Assembly: GCA_044226015.1 (NCBI GenBank)
Contig: JBGAHS010000002.1
Location: 320,001-384,000 of the forward strand
DNA length: 64,000 nucleotides
Source: Candidatus Obscuribacteraceae bacterium
GTDB lineage: Bacteria; Cyanobacteriota; Vampirovibrionia; Obscuribacterales; Obscuribacteraceae
Direction of reading: 5' to 3'
Positions 1 through 10,526 of the stretch are shown piece by piece. Under the pieces are notes generated by a model. The model did no database searches. It was not told where the DNA came from and saw only the letters and a program-made list of their open reading frames with translations. Both the position numbers and the translations under genes were made by a program. How positions within the stretch are numbered: position 1 is the stretch's first letter; every line of letters begins with the position of its first letter.

Positions 1-55
1 ATGTGCTGCGAGCCAATCACGGCGCATACAGAGCCTCAAATTAAGCAAATAAACA

Positions 56-1417
56 ATGCCAGCAACGAAACCCATCACCTTGTATCTGATGTTTCAACTG
101 TTTACAGCAGACGCACCGAGCGAAGTCTTTCCACGATGTCCAGACCTCAACAAAAGTGTTGCAGATATAGTCAACAGAATTGGCAGCACAGGAAAACAAA
201 ACCATAAGCTGGGATTTGTCGTTGGCCCCCTTACCTTCAACCAGTCCGATGCGCAAGTCAAATTGCTAATTCATGACTCCTTCACTTGCGCAAAGAAATT
301 AAACGTTGCCGTCGCATTCCATATCGACGATCACATGTTTTGGGACAAGAACAAAGAATTGGCTCAAGACAAAGAAAACACCGAATGGATCAATTCCCAG
401 GGAACGTTGTGCAGCGGACGACGGCTCGATTGGGGACCCAAGCCAGCGAAAGCGCCACCACAACTTTGCTTTAACAGCCCAGCCGTAAAAGCAGCGGTGC
501 ACAAACGCGCGACCTTGATTGGCAATGAAATAAAATATGAAATTGATCAACTCAAGAAAGAAGGACGAGAAGACTTGTTTGCCGGACTCATTACTGGCTG
601 GGAGACTCAAATTGGAAGGGATTTTTCAACCGGTGCCAGCACGGGCTTCCACGCTCTCCATAACATCGGAATCAAGCAAGCAAGCTTTACTTCACAGAGC
701 GATGCAAAACTGGAAGCTATTGTTAGAGATTTTATTCAAATGTGGGCATACGAGCTTGCAAAAACAGGATTGCCTCAAGAAAAACTCTACTCACATATTG
801 CATTTACTTCGCAAGGATTCAGGGACACAGCATTCAGGAGTTTCCCTGAACAGGTGGGCTTTGCCACACCTTCTGTTGTTTTTGCTAATTCATCAATTCC
901 AGGATTCAGCACATATCCGATGGCAGACACCATCGAACAAATAAGGGCAGAAACAATCAAGAGGGGACAGAACACTTGGATTTCTGCCGAAGGAACAAAT
1001 GTCGTTCCAAATGGAATGCGTGGTGAACCAAACATGGAAACCTACCTGGCAAAGATGTTCAATCATGGTGCCAGGCTAGTCAATATTTTTTCCTGGGGAA
1101 TGGGCGGAGAAGCTGAAAAAAACAACTTCTTTCGCAGGGCAACAGAGGGTGATGAGGCAATAACAGCATATCGAAAGTTCTTAAATGCTTATCCACTCGC
1201 AGAGAAAGCGCATTCACCTGCTGAGTTTTCAGTCAAAAAGCTACAGGGCAAAGTTCGCGCTATTCAAAGCGAGGTGCCGCCATGGGTACACAAAACAGGA
1301 CGCGTAAACGACGTTAAAGTTTTGATGGACCAACTCGACGCAGCTCTCAAAGCAGGACAGCCAGAAGCTGCTGACAAGAAAGCTGATGAAGTATTGAACT
1401 TAATTCACTCCAACTGA
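56..1417 (+). CDS. Hypothetical protein, possibly glycoside-hydrolase-like TIM barrel
   Basis: 453-aa ORF with alternating beta/alpha pattern and Glu-bearing strand ends (ITGWET, WISAEG); start uncertain at the window edge. Confidence 0.6.
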   Translation: MPATKPITLYLMFQLFTADAPSEVFPRCPDLNKSVADIVNRIGSTGKQNHKLGFVVGPLTFNQSDAQVKLLIHDSFTCAKKLNVAVAFHIDDHMFWDKNKELAQDKENTEWINSQGTLCSGRRLDWGPKPAKAPPQLCFNSPAVKAAVHKRATLIGNEIKYEIDQLKKEGREDLFAGLITGWETQIGRDFSTGASTGFHALHNIGIKQASFTSQSDAKLEAIVRDFIQMWAYELAKTGLPQEKLYSHIAFTSQGFRDTAFRSFPEQVGFATPSVVFANSSIPGFSTYPMADTIEQIRAETIKRGQNTWISAEGTNVVPNGMRGEPNMETYLAKMFNHGARLVNIFSWGMGGEAEKNNFFRRATEGDEAITAYRKFLNAYPLAEKAHSPAEFSVKKLQGKVRAIQSEVPPWVHKTGRVNDVKVLMDQLDAALKAGQPEAADKKADEVLNLIHSN

Positions 1418-1432
1418 TTCATCATGGCAAAC

Positions 1433-2251
1433 CTATGTGGCAGCAGCCGACAACGAAGCAAGTGTTTTCTTAGCCTTATCGACCACGTATAAATTATCGT
1501 CTTCGGCAAGCATGCTCAAAATGTTTGGTGGCAAATCTTTGTTTGCTGCCATTTCGAGTCTAACATCATCGTTAGGGTCTCTAGCCAACTCCTCTAATAG
1601 ATTCAATGGCGAGCTAGGATTTTCCGAAACTGCAAGGCGAACATCTTGCTCGTAATCGCGAGCAAGCGACCACAATGCAGAAATCGGTGTATGAGGATTT
1701 TCGGCAACACGCTGCCTGATTTGCGGTCGAGTTTCAGAAGCAAGACGCACCAGAATTTCAGGCGCAGTATGAGGATTTCCAGCCATCACATATCTTACGT
1801 GTGAGTCTTCTCCAGTCAGCCCCGTTTCCTTTTTGATTTTGTCAGGTTCTTGCCATAACTGTTGTATAGCGTGAATCAAGACCGCGAGCTTCTCAGAGCA
1901 AACCGGCTTACTTACGTAATAGTTCATTTTGAGATGTAGCGCTTTCAAGATATCTTGCTCATCTTGAGAAACTGTCAAAAGAATCACAGGAATTTTTTCA
2001 AGCTGCGGAACTTTTTTCATATCAGCAAGAACTTCATGACCATTCTTCTTCGGCATGTTGAGATCTAACAGAATCAAGTCGGGCCGTAGCGATGCATCCG
2101 AAACGCACTTGTTCAAATGCTCCATTGCGGCCTCACCATCGTTGACTATCGTCAACTCATGCTTGATCTCGGTGTCTTTGAGAGCTTCTTGCGCTAATCT
2201 GACATCAGATGGTGTGTCTTCCACCAAGAGGATCTTCATCGGTCTGTCCAT
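1433..2251 (-). CDS. Response regulator (Rcp1/CheY-like REC) fused to C-terminal LRV/HEAT-like repeats
   Basis: ILLVED, DLILLDLNMP, YVSKP; C-terminal repeats VRxxVAxNPxTP...LxxLA. Confidence 0.85.
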   Translation of the reverse strand: MDRPMKILLVEDTPSDVRLAQEALKDTEIKHELTIVNDGEAAMEHLNKCVSDASLRPDLILLDLNMPKKNGHEVLADMKKVPQLEKIPVILLTVSQDEQDILKALHLKMNYYVSKPVCSEKLAVLIHAIQQLWQEPDKIKKETGLTGEDSHVRYVMAGNPHTAPEILVRLASETRPQIRQRVAENPHTPISALWSLARDYEQDVRLAVSENPSSPLNLLEELARDPNDDVRLEMAANKDLPPNILSMLAEDDNLYVVDKAKKTLASLSAAAT

Positions 2252-2263
2252 TTGAGCTCTCCT

Positions 2264-3778
2264 TCAATTAGTAACTGGGTCGCGATCTAGCGAAAAGAAA
2301 AAAATGGACCCGGCTCCGGGCTCGCTTTGCACCCAAATTCTTCCACCATGAGTCTCCACTATCTTCTTGCAAATAGCCAAACCAATTCCGGTGCCGGAAT
2401 ATGAAGTTTTGCCATGCAATCTTGCAAACATATCGAATATCTTTTCAGTATATCTGGGATCGATACCAATTCCATTATCTTGAATAGAAAAAACCCACTC
2501 ATGGACATTTTGTTCTGCACGAACTGTGATTTCAGGCGGCCTGTCACCTTTATATTTCAAAGCGTTGCTGAGCAAATTCTGAAATAACTGCAGCATTTCA
2601 CTTCGGTTGGCCATTACAACTGGCATTTTTTCAATTACAACTTTCGCGCTACTCTCTTCGATGGTCGCTTTCAAATTGCTCAGCACTTCTGAAATCACAA
2701 TTTTGCAATCGACTTGCTGAACGTTTTTAACGTCGTTCGGACCGATGGATGCATGTGCAAGCACGGCTTGAATTAGCTTACCCATGCGGTCAACACCATC
2801 CATGATGAAATCAATAAATTCGTCAGCATCCTGATCGAGCTTGCCTTTATACCGTTTAGTTAGCAAGCGAACATAACCTTCCACGGCACGCAAAGGCTCT
2901 TGCAGATCATGCGATGCAACTTTTGCAAATTGCTGCAATTCTGCGTTCGAACGTGCCAGCTCTGCTGTTCTTTCAGCAACACGCTGCTCTAACTCTTCAT
3001 TTAGTTGCTTATTGCGCATTTCAATTGCTTTTCGAGCCGTGATGTCATGGACGAAAGCACAAAGCTCGTCATGATCATCTCCGATGAGAATCGGAAATAG
3101 TCCAAGCTCAACTGGAAGTTCAGCTCCGTTGCGATGCTTCAGGCGCAATTCAGCACGCCGCCTGAACAAACTGCCACGATCTGAACTGGCGAGAGTAGCG
3201 AGGTCATGCTTATGTGTTTCTTGCAAATAATCAGGAATGATTGTTTCAGAAAGTGTCTTACCTACCACTTCATCTTTTTTCCAACCAAACATGTTTTCTG
3301 CTTGAGGATTCCACCCTCTAATAACGCCATTTCGATCACAAGCAATGAAAGCATCAGTGCAATTTTCGAGCACCATACGGGTGCGCCTTTCACTTTCTCG
3401 CAACTGCTTCTCGACACGACTGCGCTCAACTGCATGCACAAGACAACGTTTAATTTCTCTGTCGTGAGCCTGACCTTTGATCAAATAGTCTTGCGCTCCA
3501 CCTTGCAGAGCTTCCATTGCTATAGCCTCATCAGCGATGGATGAAACCAGAACAATTGGAACACCTCGCGCAGCTTGATGCACATGAAAAAAAGTGTCTA
3601 ACCCTTTTGAGTCAGGCAAATTCAAATCAAGCAAAACAACATCGATTTCATTATCGGCCAGGCAATCTTCTGCCTCCGACACAGTACTTGCCTTGCTGAC
3701 AGCAAAATCATAACGACTCAAATTTAATTCGTGAACTCGGGCTTGTGTAATGCTGTCTTCGACAATCAAAACGTGCAT
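2264..3778 (-). CDS. Hybrid sensor histidine kinase REC-PAS-HisKA-HATPase (Cph1-like kinase core)
   Basis: N-terminal REC (VLLDLNLPD), PAS (WNPQAENMFGW), H-box ASHDLQEPLR, N-box NLLSNALKY, DNGIG, GTGIGL. Confidence 0.92.
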   Translation of the reverse strand: MHVLIVEDSITQARVHELNLSRYDFAVSKASTVSEAEDCLADNEIDVVLLDLNLPDSKGLDTFFHVHQAARGVPIVLVSSIADEAIAMEALQGGAQDYLIKGQAHDREIKRCLVHAVERSRVEKQLRESERRTRMVLENCTDAFIACDRNGVIRGWNPQAENMFGWKKDEVVGKTLSETIIPDYLQETHKHDLATLASSDRGSLFRRRAELRLKHRNGAELPVELGLFPILIGDDHDELCAFVHDITARKAIEMRNKQLNEELEQRVAERTAELARSNAELQQFAKVASHDLQEPLRAVEGYVRLLTKRYKGKLDQDADEFIDFIMDGVDRMGKLIQAVLAHASIGPNDVKNVQQVDCKIVISEVLSNLKATIEESSAKVVIEKMPVVMANRSEMLQLFQNLLSNALKYKGDRPPEITVRAEQNVHEWVFSIQDNGIGIDPRYTEKIFDMFARLHGKTSYSGTGIGLAICKKIVETHGGRIWVQSEPGAGSIFFFSLDRDPVTN

Positions 3779-3790
3779 TCAAACCACCTT

Positions 3791-4984
3791 TCAAATCGGT
3801 AATTTGGGTCTCCCCGGTATTACCTGTTGCTGCGCCAGAGCAGCTATTTCAGTAAGTTCGTACCCCAGTTCCTTCAAAACCGCCACCGTGCTATCTGCAA
3901 TATCATGTTTAGCCATTAGCTCGGTATCTGTATTTTTCCCAAATGGAACCGGAGTTCTCACCTGCGGAATTCTTCCTAGTTTCGGATGCAATAAATACTG
4001 GACGAGCCCTCGTTCCTTGCTGGGCAGAAATTCCAGGGCATCGAGCACTGAATTTACAGGAGAAACGCAGCAATCAATCTCCTTAAAAATTTCGAGCCAC
4101 TCATCCATTGTTTTTTCTAGAAACACCTGATCTAACGACTGACGCAATTTCAAATTAGCGCCAAATGGAATGACGTGCAAAAGGTCTTTTCGCCCGATCA
4201 ACTGGCAGAACGCTTCCCAAAACTTTGGCTCTAGCGGAGCTGCTGCGATGTAACGCCCATCTTTGCATTGGAATACGTTGTAATTGGCAAGTTCGCTGCG
4301 ATATTGAGGGTTAGCCTCTTGCGGCTCTTCGTTCATAAACAAACTTGCAGTAGCAGCAAGCGATTGCGTCCACATGACGCTATCAAACATACTCATGTCG
4401 AGATGCCTGCCCTTGCCTGTGTTCTCTCGCTCGATAACTGAGCCGAGAATAGACACCGCAGATAGAAGAGCGGTCATATAATCGGAAAGCAAAGTTCCCG
4501 GCATCTGAGGTTTACCGTTTTGAGCGCGGCAAACATGTAATACACCGGCTTCTGCTTGCAGGTTAACATCGTGACCAGGCCGCTGGCTGAAACTGCCAGA
4601 CTGCCCATAAGCTGAGATAGAGCAATAAATCAACGCAGGGTTTAGCTTGTGAACCTTGCCATAACCAATTCCAAGCCGTCCCATCACACCAGGTCGGAAA
4701 TTCTCAATGAGCACGTCGGCATCTTTCAGCATCTTGCTAACGATTTCGATTGCTGAGTCCTGTTTCAAATCAAGAGCGATGCGTTTTTCCTCTCCGTGCA
4801 CACCCCAATAATAGAGGCTCTCCCCCTTGACTATGGGCGGTAGATGCTGCGCTAGTCCTGGTTTCAGGCGTTCAACACGAATCAATTCCGCGCCCATATC
4901 TCGCAAGATAGTCCCAGTAAGCTCGCCCGGCAATAAGTGCGTGAAATCAATAACTTTAATATTTCGAAGAGGTTGGCTGCTCAT
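3791..4984 (-). CDS. CoA-transferase family III (CaiB/BaiF)
   Basis: PLRNIKVIDFT, DMGAELIRVE, DVLIENFRPG, YCSISAYGQSG, GHD motifs. Confidence 0.92.
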   Translation of the reverse strand: MSSQPLRNIKVIDFTHLLPGELTGTILRDMGAELIRVERLKPGLAQHLPPIVKGESLYYWGVHGEEKRIALDLKQDSAIEIVSKMLKDADVLIENFRPGVMGRLGIGYGKVHKLNPALIYCSISAYGQSGSFSQRPGHDVNLQAEAGVLHVCRAQNGKPQMPGTLLSDYMTALLSAVSILGSVIERENTGKGRHLDMSMFDSVMWTQSLAATASLFMNEEPQEANPQYRSELANYNVFQCKDGRYIAAAPLEPKFWEAFCQLIGRKDLLHVIPFGANLKLRQSLDQVFLEKTMDEWLEIFKEIDCCVSPVNSVLDALEFLPSKERGLVQYLLHPKLGRIPQVRTPVPFGKNTDTELMAKHDIADSTVAVLKELGYELTEIAALAQQQVIPGRPKLPI

Positions 4985-5045
4985 CATTGCGTTCTGTTTT
5001 CGGAAGAACTGATGTTACCATGAGCTGGCACACGGAGAATCGAAC

Positions 5046-6008
5046 ATGTTACTTTTAGTGCTGCTATTTTGCTGGATGATGAGTTGCAATATGCCCATTT
5101 TTGCACTGCCAAGTGATGGTTCCGAAACATTGAAGTTAGAAGTGCGAACACTAGATCTTGATTCGATCGAGCGCCAGTACAACCTGTATATTCCATCTAC
5201 CTATAACAAAGACAAAGCTACGCCCTTACTTTTTCTTTTACATGGCGGTGGTGGAAGCGGCAAGCGGATGGTTAATTTTACCGGCTTCGATAAGCTCGCA
5301 AAAGAGAAAGGCATAATTGTAATTTGCCCAGAAGGCTATGATAAGCACTGGAATGATGGTCGTGAAAACGCTCACACAGCTCATCAAAAAAACGTAAATG
5401 ATGTTGCCTTTATACGGAAGCTCATCGAAATTGCAGAGTCAGAATTCAACATCGACCACACCCGCATATACTCCAGTGGTGTCTCCAATGGTGCCATGAT
5501 GTCATATCGCCTGGCGAAGGATCTCTCAGACAAGATTGCCGCCATTGGCACCGTGGTTGGTGCGATTCCTGAACCTCTGAGCAAGGCTGCATGGAATGGT
5601 CGTCCGGTCCCTGCAATCATTTTCAACGGCACCCGAGACCCGCTGGTGCCTTACGAAGGAGGCGAGGTTCACTTTTACCGAAAGAAGCTGGGCACAGTGA
5701 TTTCCGTCCCCGAAACAGTAAGTTTTCTTGCTAAGCACAATAAATGTGAAGACAAGCCCCTAATCGAAGACCTCGTGATAAACAACCCCAAAAGCAATTT
5801 GCCAATCAAACATTTTGCATATAGATCTTGCTGCAATAATGCCAGTGTTGAATTCTATTCAATAGAAGGAGGGGGTCATTCATGGCCAAGAGACAGCAAA
5901 TTTGCGCAGTATCTTCCTGCCGCAGTAATAGGCAAAGCATGTAAAGACATTGATGCAAGCAGCCTGATCTGGAACTTCTTTGAGAAACATCCGCTGGAGA
6001 GCAAGTGA
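5046..6008 (+). CDS. Secreted LpqC/PHB-depolymerase-family esterase
   Basis: Hydrophobic N-terminus, LHGGGGS, nucleophile GVSNG, GTRDPLVP, GGGHSWP. Confidence 0.88.
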   Translation: MLLLVLLFCWMMSCNMPIFALPSDGSETLKLEVRTLDLDSIERQYNLYIPSTYNKDKATPLLFLLHGGGGSGKRMVNFTGFDKLAKEKGIIVICPEGYDKHWNDGRENAHTAHQKNVNDVAFIRKLIEIAESEFNIDHTRIYSSGVSNGAMMSYRLAKDLSDKIAAIGTVVGAIPEPLSKAAWNGRPVPAIIFNGTRDPLVPYEGGEVHFYRKKLGTVISVPETVSFLAKHNKCEDKPLIEDLVINNPKSNLPIKHFAYRSCCNNASVEFYSIEGGGHSWPRDSKFAQYLPAAVIGKACKDIDASSLIWNFFEKHPLESK

Positions 6009-7342
6009 GCGAATCAAATTCAAGTGAAGCCGAAATTTTCGAAGCACATCAAACCGCCCCGAAGAAAGAAATTCTTGCCTGGGCTATGTATGACTTCGCT
6101 AACTCGGCTTATGCAACAATAGTCAGCACCACAATATTCAATGCCTTTTTTGTAAGTGTTGTTGCCGGTCCAGAAACGGGACTAGCTGCGGGACAAGGCA
6201 CATTTTTGCTAACTCTCTGTATCACAATTGCAAGCCTCACGATCGTCATCAGTGCACCTGCCATTGGCACCATCGCTGATGCCACAGCAAATAAAAAGAA
6301 AGTACTCGCGATTGCCACGATATGCTGCGTCACTTGCACCGCGCTGCTCTCACTTGTTGGTAAAGGCGCATATGCTCTGGGCATGGTGCTTCTCGTGCTA
6401 GCAAATTTCTGTTATGGAACGGGAGAAGACATGGCAGCGTCTTTCTTACCTGAACTTGCAACGAAAAAAGACATGGGAAGAATCTCCGCGATTGGTTGGA
6501 CGATTGGCTACACAGGTGGGCTTGTGGCACTAGCAATTTGTTTTCTTTATGTCATGTTCGCAAAAAAGCAGGGACACTCAGCAGAAATGTATGTTCCCGT
6601 CACTATGCTTATTACTGCTGCCATCTATGGACTTGGTTCGCTGCCGACTTTTCTTATTATGAAGGAGCGCGCGAAGCCTGACCCAAACGCAATCACGAAG
6701 AACCTACTTGCAGTCGGATTCGAGCGACTAAAACTTACTATGAGTCACGCGGTTCATTATCAAGACCTATTTCGTTTTTTGATTTGCCTGCTTGTATTCA
6801 CTTGTGGCACCACAACAGTCATGTCGCTAGCTGCCGTTTATGCGCAAGAGGTAATGGGCTTTAACTCTCAAGATTTGATGCTAATGATTTTTGCGGTGAA
6901 TGTGACAGCGGCTATTGGTGCGTTTTGCATCGGCTTCCTTCAAGACAAAATTGGTTCGATAAAAACGTTAGCAATCTCTTTGCTGCTGTGGATCGTCGCA
7001 ACAGGTGGAGCATTCCTCTGCGACAATAAGAATTTATTCTGGGGACTCGCAATGCTGATTGGTGTGGCAATGGGTGCTAGCGGTTCGTCCGGACGGGCGT
7101 TAGTTGGGCTCTTCTCACCTCCCGGTCGCTCAGGCGAATTCTTCGGATTGTGGGGGTTAGCAGGAAAACTTGCAGCAGCAATCGGACCTCTCACGTTCGG
7201 GCTTATCACAATGCTAACCGGAAACAATCAGAGATTAGCGATTCTCTCTTCAACATCATTTTTCCTGGTCGGACTCATATTGCTCTTCTTCGTTAATGAA
7301 GAACGAGGCAAAGAAGCTGCACACAAAAACATCCAACAATAG
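6005..7342 (+). CDS. MFS transporter, UMF1/ATG22-like
   Basis: WAMYDFANSAY N-terminal motif, about 12 hydrophobic segments, GEFFGLW; 4-bp overlap with the esterase. Confidence 0.9.
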   Translation: MSESNSSEAEIFEAHQTAPKKEILAWAMYDFANSAYATIVSTTIFNAFFVSVVAGPETGLAAGQGTFLLTLCITIASLTIVISAPAIGTIADATANKKKVLAIATICCVTCTALLSLVGKGAYALGMVLLVLANFCYGTGEDMAASFLPELATKKDMGRISAIGWTIGYTGGLVALAICFLYVMFAKKQGHSAEMYVPVTMLITAAIYGLGSLPTFLIMKERAKPDPNAITKNLLAVGFERLKLTMSHAVHYQDLFRFLICLLVFTCGTTTVMSLAAVYAQEVMGFNSQDLMLMIFAVNVTAAIGAFCIGFLQDKIGSIKTLAISLLLWIVATGGAFLCDNKNLFWGLAMLIGVAMGASGSSGRALVGLFSPPGRSGEFFGLWGLAGKLAAAIGPLTFGLITMLTGNNQRLAILSSTSFFLVGLILLFFVNEERGKEAAHKNIQQ

Positions 7343-7353
7343 AAAGGTAAGGA

Positions 7354-7782
7354 ATGACAAGCACAAAATGTGGTATCTGCGAGAAGCAGCATCCAGCTGA
7401 ATATTTAGTCCTTTCAGCAGAACACTGGCGCATCCGTCACAGCCAGGAAACGAACATTCTGGGATATTGCATCATCGAACCGCATCGACATTTTCTAGAC
7501 CTTTCCGAAGCAACCCTCGAGGAACTCCAGCAATATTCTATTCTTCTTTCGTCTCTCATGAAAGCATTGAGAAAAATTCCGGAGTGCGAACGCATATATA
7601 CTTTTTCACTTGCAGAGGCAGTTCCTCACTATCATCTGCATGTCATTCCGCGCAGAAAAAACTTTCCTCGAAGCTATGCCGGACGCGGAATCATGAGCTA
7701 TCCAACGACGCCTGGCACAGAGAAATCACTGGTCGAATCTATGGTTGAAACCATCCAGAAACAACTCAAGATTCTATCTTGA
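7354..7782 (+). CDS. HIT family nucleotide hydrolase
   Basis: N-terminal CGIC and histidine triad HYHLHVIPR. Confidence 0.88.
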   Translation: MTSTKCGICEKQHPAEYLVLSAEHWRIRHSQETNILGYCIIEPHRHFLDLSEATLEELQQYSILLSSLMKALRKIPECERIYTFSLAEAVPHYHLHVIPRRKNFPRSYAGRGIMSYPTTPGTEKSLVESMVETIQKQLKILS

Positions 7783-8097
7783 AGATTCAACCAGCAGTAT
7801 TCTATTAGAAAGCCAGCCAGAGGCACCACGAATTTCGCTAAAACTAAGCCCTTAGTTATCTCGATTCGCTCTATGCTAACCGCTCAGCCAAACGCCACCG
7901 CAGGCGGTGCAAAGGCACCCGGCGTGATTCATGCAATCAGCTTTGCAGATTATTTGGCATCCCAGCAAATCAATAGTCTCCGCATACGATATCGGACACC
8001 AAGTTCCAGCCAAACCGCTAAGCTCCAATTCAAACCAAGCACTTGCCAAATGTACCGGCGGTAGCTAATACTAGTATTGGGGGATTTCGCGGTTGGC

Positions 8098-9900
8098 ATG
8101 CAGAGTTATTCAGATTCGGGTCCGTACGTAAAAAAGCTAGGCGAGCTGCTACAGGAGGCTGGTTTCATTAGTGAACCAGACCTGCAAAAGGCCGTCGACC
8201 TTTCACGGAAAAATTTCCAGTCCCTGGGGAAGGTACTGTCAGGCTGGAAATTCTGTCGGCAGGAAGACATCAACGCGGCTCTCGATGTTCAAAGAATTTG
8301 CAAACTGGAAGGCATGAGCGGCAAAATTGCAGTTCGCACTCTTTTGCAAGTTCGCAATCACGTGCTTTCGGTAAATAACGCACTTATTCAGGTTGGATGG
8401 ACCAGGCCTGACTACAATCCGTTTCAAGAACCCGACTCAATTACCGAAGCAAAACTGGAATTGCGTGATTTAGGAACCATGCAAGGGGTTCCGCGAGGTC
8501 TGGCTTTACTGAAAATTGGCGAAGCTTACGCACAACACCAGCTGCCCGCAAGGGCTGAGGTCTGGTATGACCAAGCAGTGGAAATCTTGGAAGCAGCGAT
8601 GCCAGACTCCACTCCGGAATTAAGTTCAGCATTGAGCAAGTTGGGAGAGCTTGCGCTGGAATACGGAAGACTTGATGAAGCCAAAGACCTTGTCGAACGA
8701 GCGGCTTCTCTATTGAAGTCGAACGAACCCAAGCACTCCAAAGAATATGCCAAAGCAATGCATGTTTCAGCTGAATATCAGGTTAGCCGCCGCAAATACA
8801 ATGATGCTGAAAAAAACTACGTAGATTGTGTAAACATGCTTCTACCTACCTGCGGTCTATTGGATGAACAGGTCCTTGACACTATTCGGCGCTACGTTCA
8901 AACAATTGAGAAGTGCAAGAAGGAAGTTGAAAAAGCCACCATGGGTGAGCTGGTAAAAGGGGCTGGCATTCTCAGCGAAGAGCAGCTCACTGCTGGCTGG
9001 CAGCTAAGCAAAAAAACGCGTGTGCAACTCGGTGAAGCCCTCGTAAGTCTCGGCTATCTCAAAGAGAGACAAATTCAACTCATTTTACAAACACAGACTC
9101 TCGCTCGTGGCGCAGAGATTACTACACAGTTAGCAATCTGGATCGTGATGTACGGCATAAAGCTAAACAAGTCGCTCGACTCAGTACTGTCCTTATTCAG
9201 ATGTGAACCTAAGAGCCGCACAAAACTGATTCAAGAATTAAAAGCTGCGGTAGAAAACCTGCAAGACCTTGAGACAAGATTGCCGCCTACGCACACTGAA
9301 CTTGCATTTGCTCATGCCAAAGTCGCTCGGCTATATTTCGAAAGACAGCAATGGGAAGAGGCAGAGACTCATTACAAGAAAGCTCTCGATATTTTCTGGA
9401 TGAACCCTAATCTGAACGCAGACAAAGCGATCGAAGTTCTCGACAATTATTTCGAAATGAAAGAGATTCAAGAAGAACACGATGAAGCTATCAGGTTGGC
9501 TAAGCTCGCGATACAAATGCGCTCACGGCACTACGGTCAGTTTTCTGTTCCGTACGCAAAAGGGCTCATAAGATTGGCTCGTGCTTTCTGCAAAAAAGGC
9601 GACCATGTCACCGCGATTAGCTGTCTTGATAGAGCCCTGGAAATCGAAGAGAAACTCTACGGCAACGACGACAGAGAAATACTTTCTTGCCTTGAAGCTA
9701 AAGGTGATTGTCACTGCCATGCAGAAGACTTCAATGCAGCGGAAGAAACCTTTGATAAAGCAGTGGCAATAGCAGAAGACAATTTCGGGAAAACACACGA
9801 AGCCGCAACCAACTTGCTAAAAAAACTAGTCGTCGCTTGCAAAGGCACAGGTAATTCGCAAAAAATAAACCAGATAGCGCCAGGGTTGAAAGACGACTAA
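8098..9900 (+). CDS. MshEN-like domain plus TPR repeat protein
   Basis: KLGELLQEAGFIS, TMGELVKGAGILS, QLGEALVSLGYL motifs interleaved with kinesin-light-chain-like TPRs; ATG at 8098 preferred over TTG 8077. Confidence 0.78.
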   Translation: MQSYSDSGPYVKKLGELLQEAGFISEPDLQKAVDLSRKNFQSLGKVLSGWKFCRQEDINAALDVQRICKLEGMSGKIAVRTLLQVRNHVLSVNNALIQVGWTRPDYNPFQEPDSITEAKLELRDLGTMQGVPRGLALLKIGEAYAQHQLPARAEVWYDQAVEILEAAMPDSTPELSSALSKLGELALEYGRLDEAKDLVERAASLLKSNEPKHSKEYAKAMHVSAEYQVSRRKYNDAEKNYVDCVNMLLPTCGLLDEQVLDTIRRYVQTIEKCKKEVEKATMGELVKGAGILSEEQLTAGWQLSKKTRVQLGEALVSLGYLKERQIQLILQTQTLARGAEITTQLAIWIVMYGIKLNKSLDSVLSLFRCEPKSRTKLIQELKAAVENLQDLETRLPPTHTELAFAHAKVARLYFERQQWEEAETHYKKALDIFWMNPNLNADKAIEVLDNYFEMKEIQEEHDEAIRLAKLAIQMRSRHYGQFSVPYAKGLIRLARAFCKKGDHVTAISCLDRALEIEEKLYGNDDREILSCLEAKGDCHCHAEDFNAAEETFDKAVAIAEDNFGKTHEAATNLLKKLVVACKGTGNSQKINQIAPGLKDD

Positions 9901-9926
9901 ATGCGTGTATTACAAGTTGAACTCGG

Positions 9927-10526
9927 TTAGCGAATAACAGTTTTGTCGCCGCGCTCAAGCTGCTCAGCATAAGCACTAATTGCATCGAGTCTGCGTTTAA
10001 CCATACGATTTGCCGCCATCTTGGTTATGTCTTGCCAGAACGGGACGCGAATACCTGGGTCAATGGTGTTTGAAAGTTCAACCACAGTTTGATTGGCGGT
10101 TTTTCCTGGAATGAGCCTCCAGGTACCTTCAAACACATGAAAGCGATCTGACTTCACCATGGTGTAATCGATGCGCTCAAGAGGCTGGCTCTCGCGTTCA
10201 ACGTAGTCGCACGATGCCTCGCCTACTATTGGAAGTGCAGCAAAAGTCTCATGCAAAGTCGCAGCCGTTCCATCGTAGGAAAGAAGCTTGCGGTGATCAT
10301 CTGACTTACGATTCTGCTGAATGGCTTCCCAAACGTTAGCAGCTTTCGCATTAACTACGATTGATTGTTTGACCTCTGGAGCATGCTTGTGTTCGACATG
10401 CTTGCCTTTATGCTTGTGATGCTCATCTGCTTGCTGATTGACACAAAAATGATCTTCTGCGAAAGCCGGAGCCGCCAGAGAAATAACTGAAATAGCAACT
10501 GGTAAAAATCGACGATATCTAGACAC
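9927..10526 (-). CDS. Secreted SRPBCC/START-fold (polyketide cyclase-like) protein
   Basis: SIVVNAKAANVWEAI and FHVFEGTWRL motifs; signal peptide ending AAPAFA if the GTG at 10526 is the start (ORF open to 10649). Confidence 0.72.
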   Translation of the reverse strand: MSRYRRFLPVAISVISLAAPAFAEDHFCVNQQADEHHKHKGKHVEHKHAPEVKQSIVVNAKAANVWEAIQQNRKSDDHRKLLSYDGTAATLHETFAALPIVGEASCDYVERESQPLERIDYTMVKSDRFHVFEGTWRLIPGKTANQTVVELSNTIDPGIRVPFWQDITKMAANRMVKRRLDAISAYAEQLERGDKTVIR

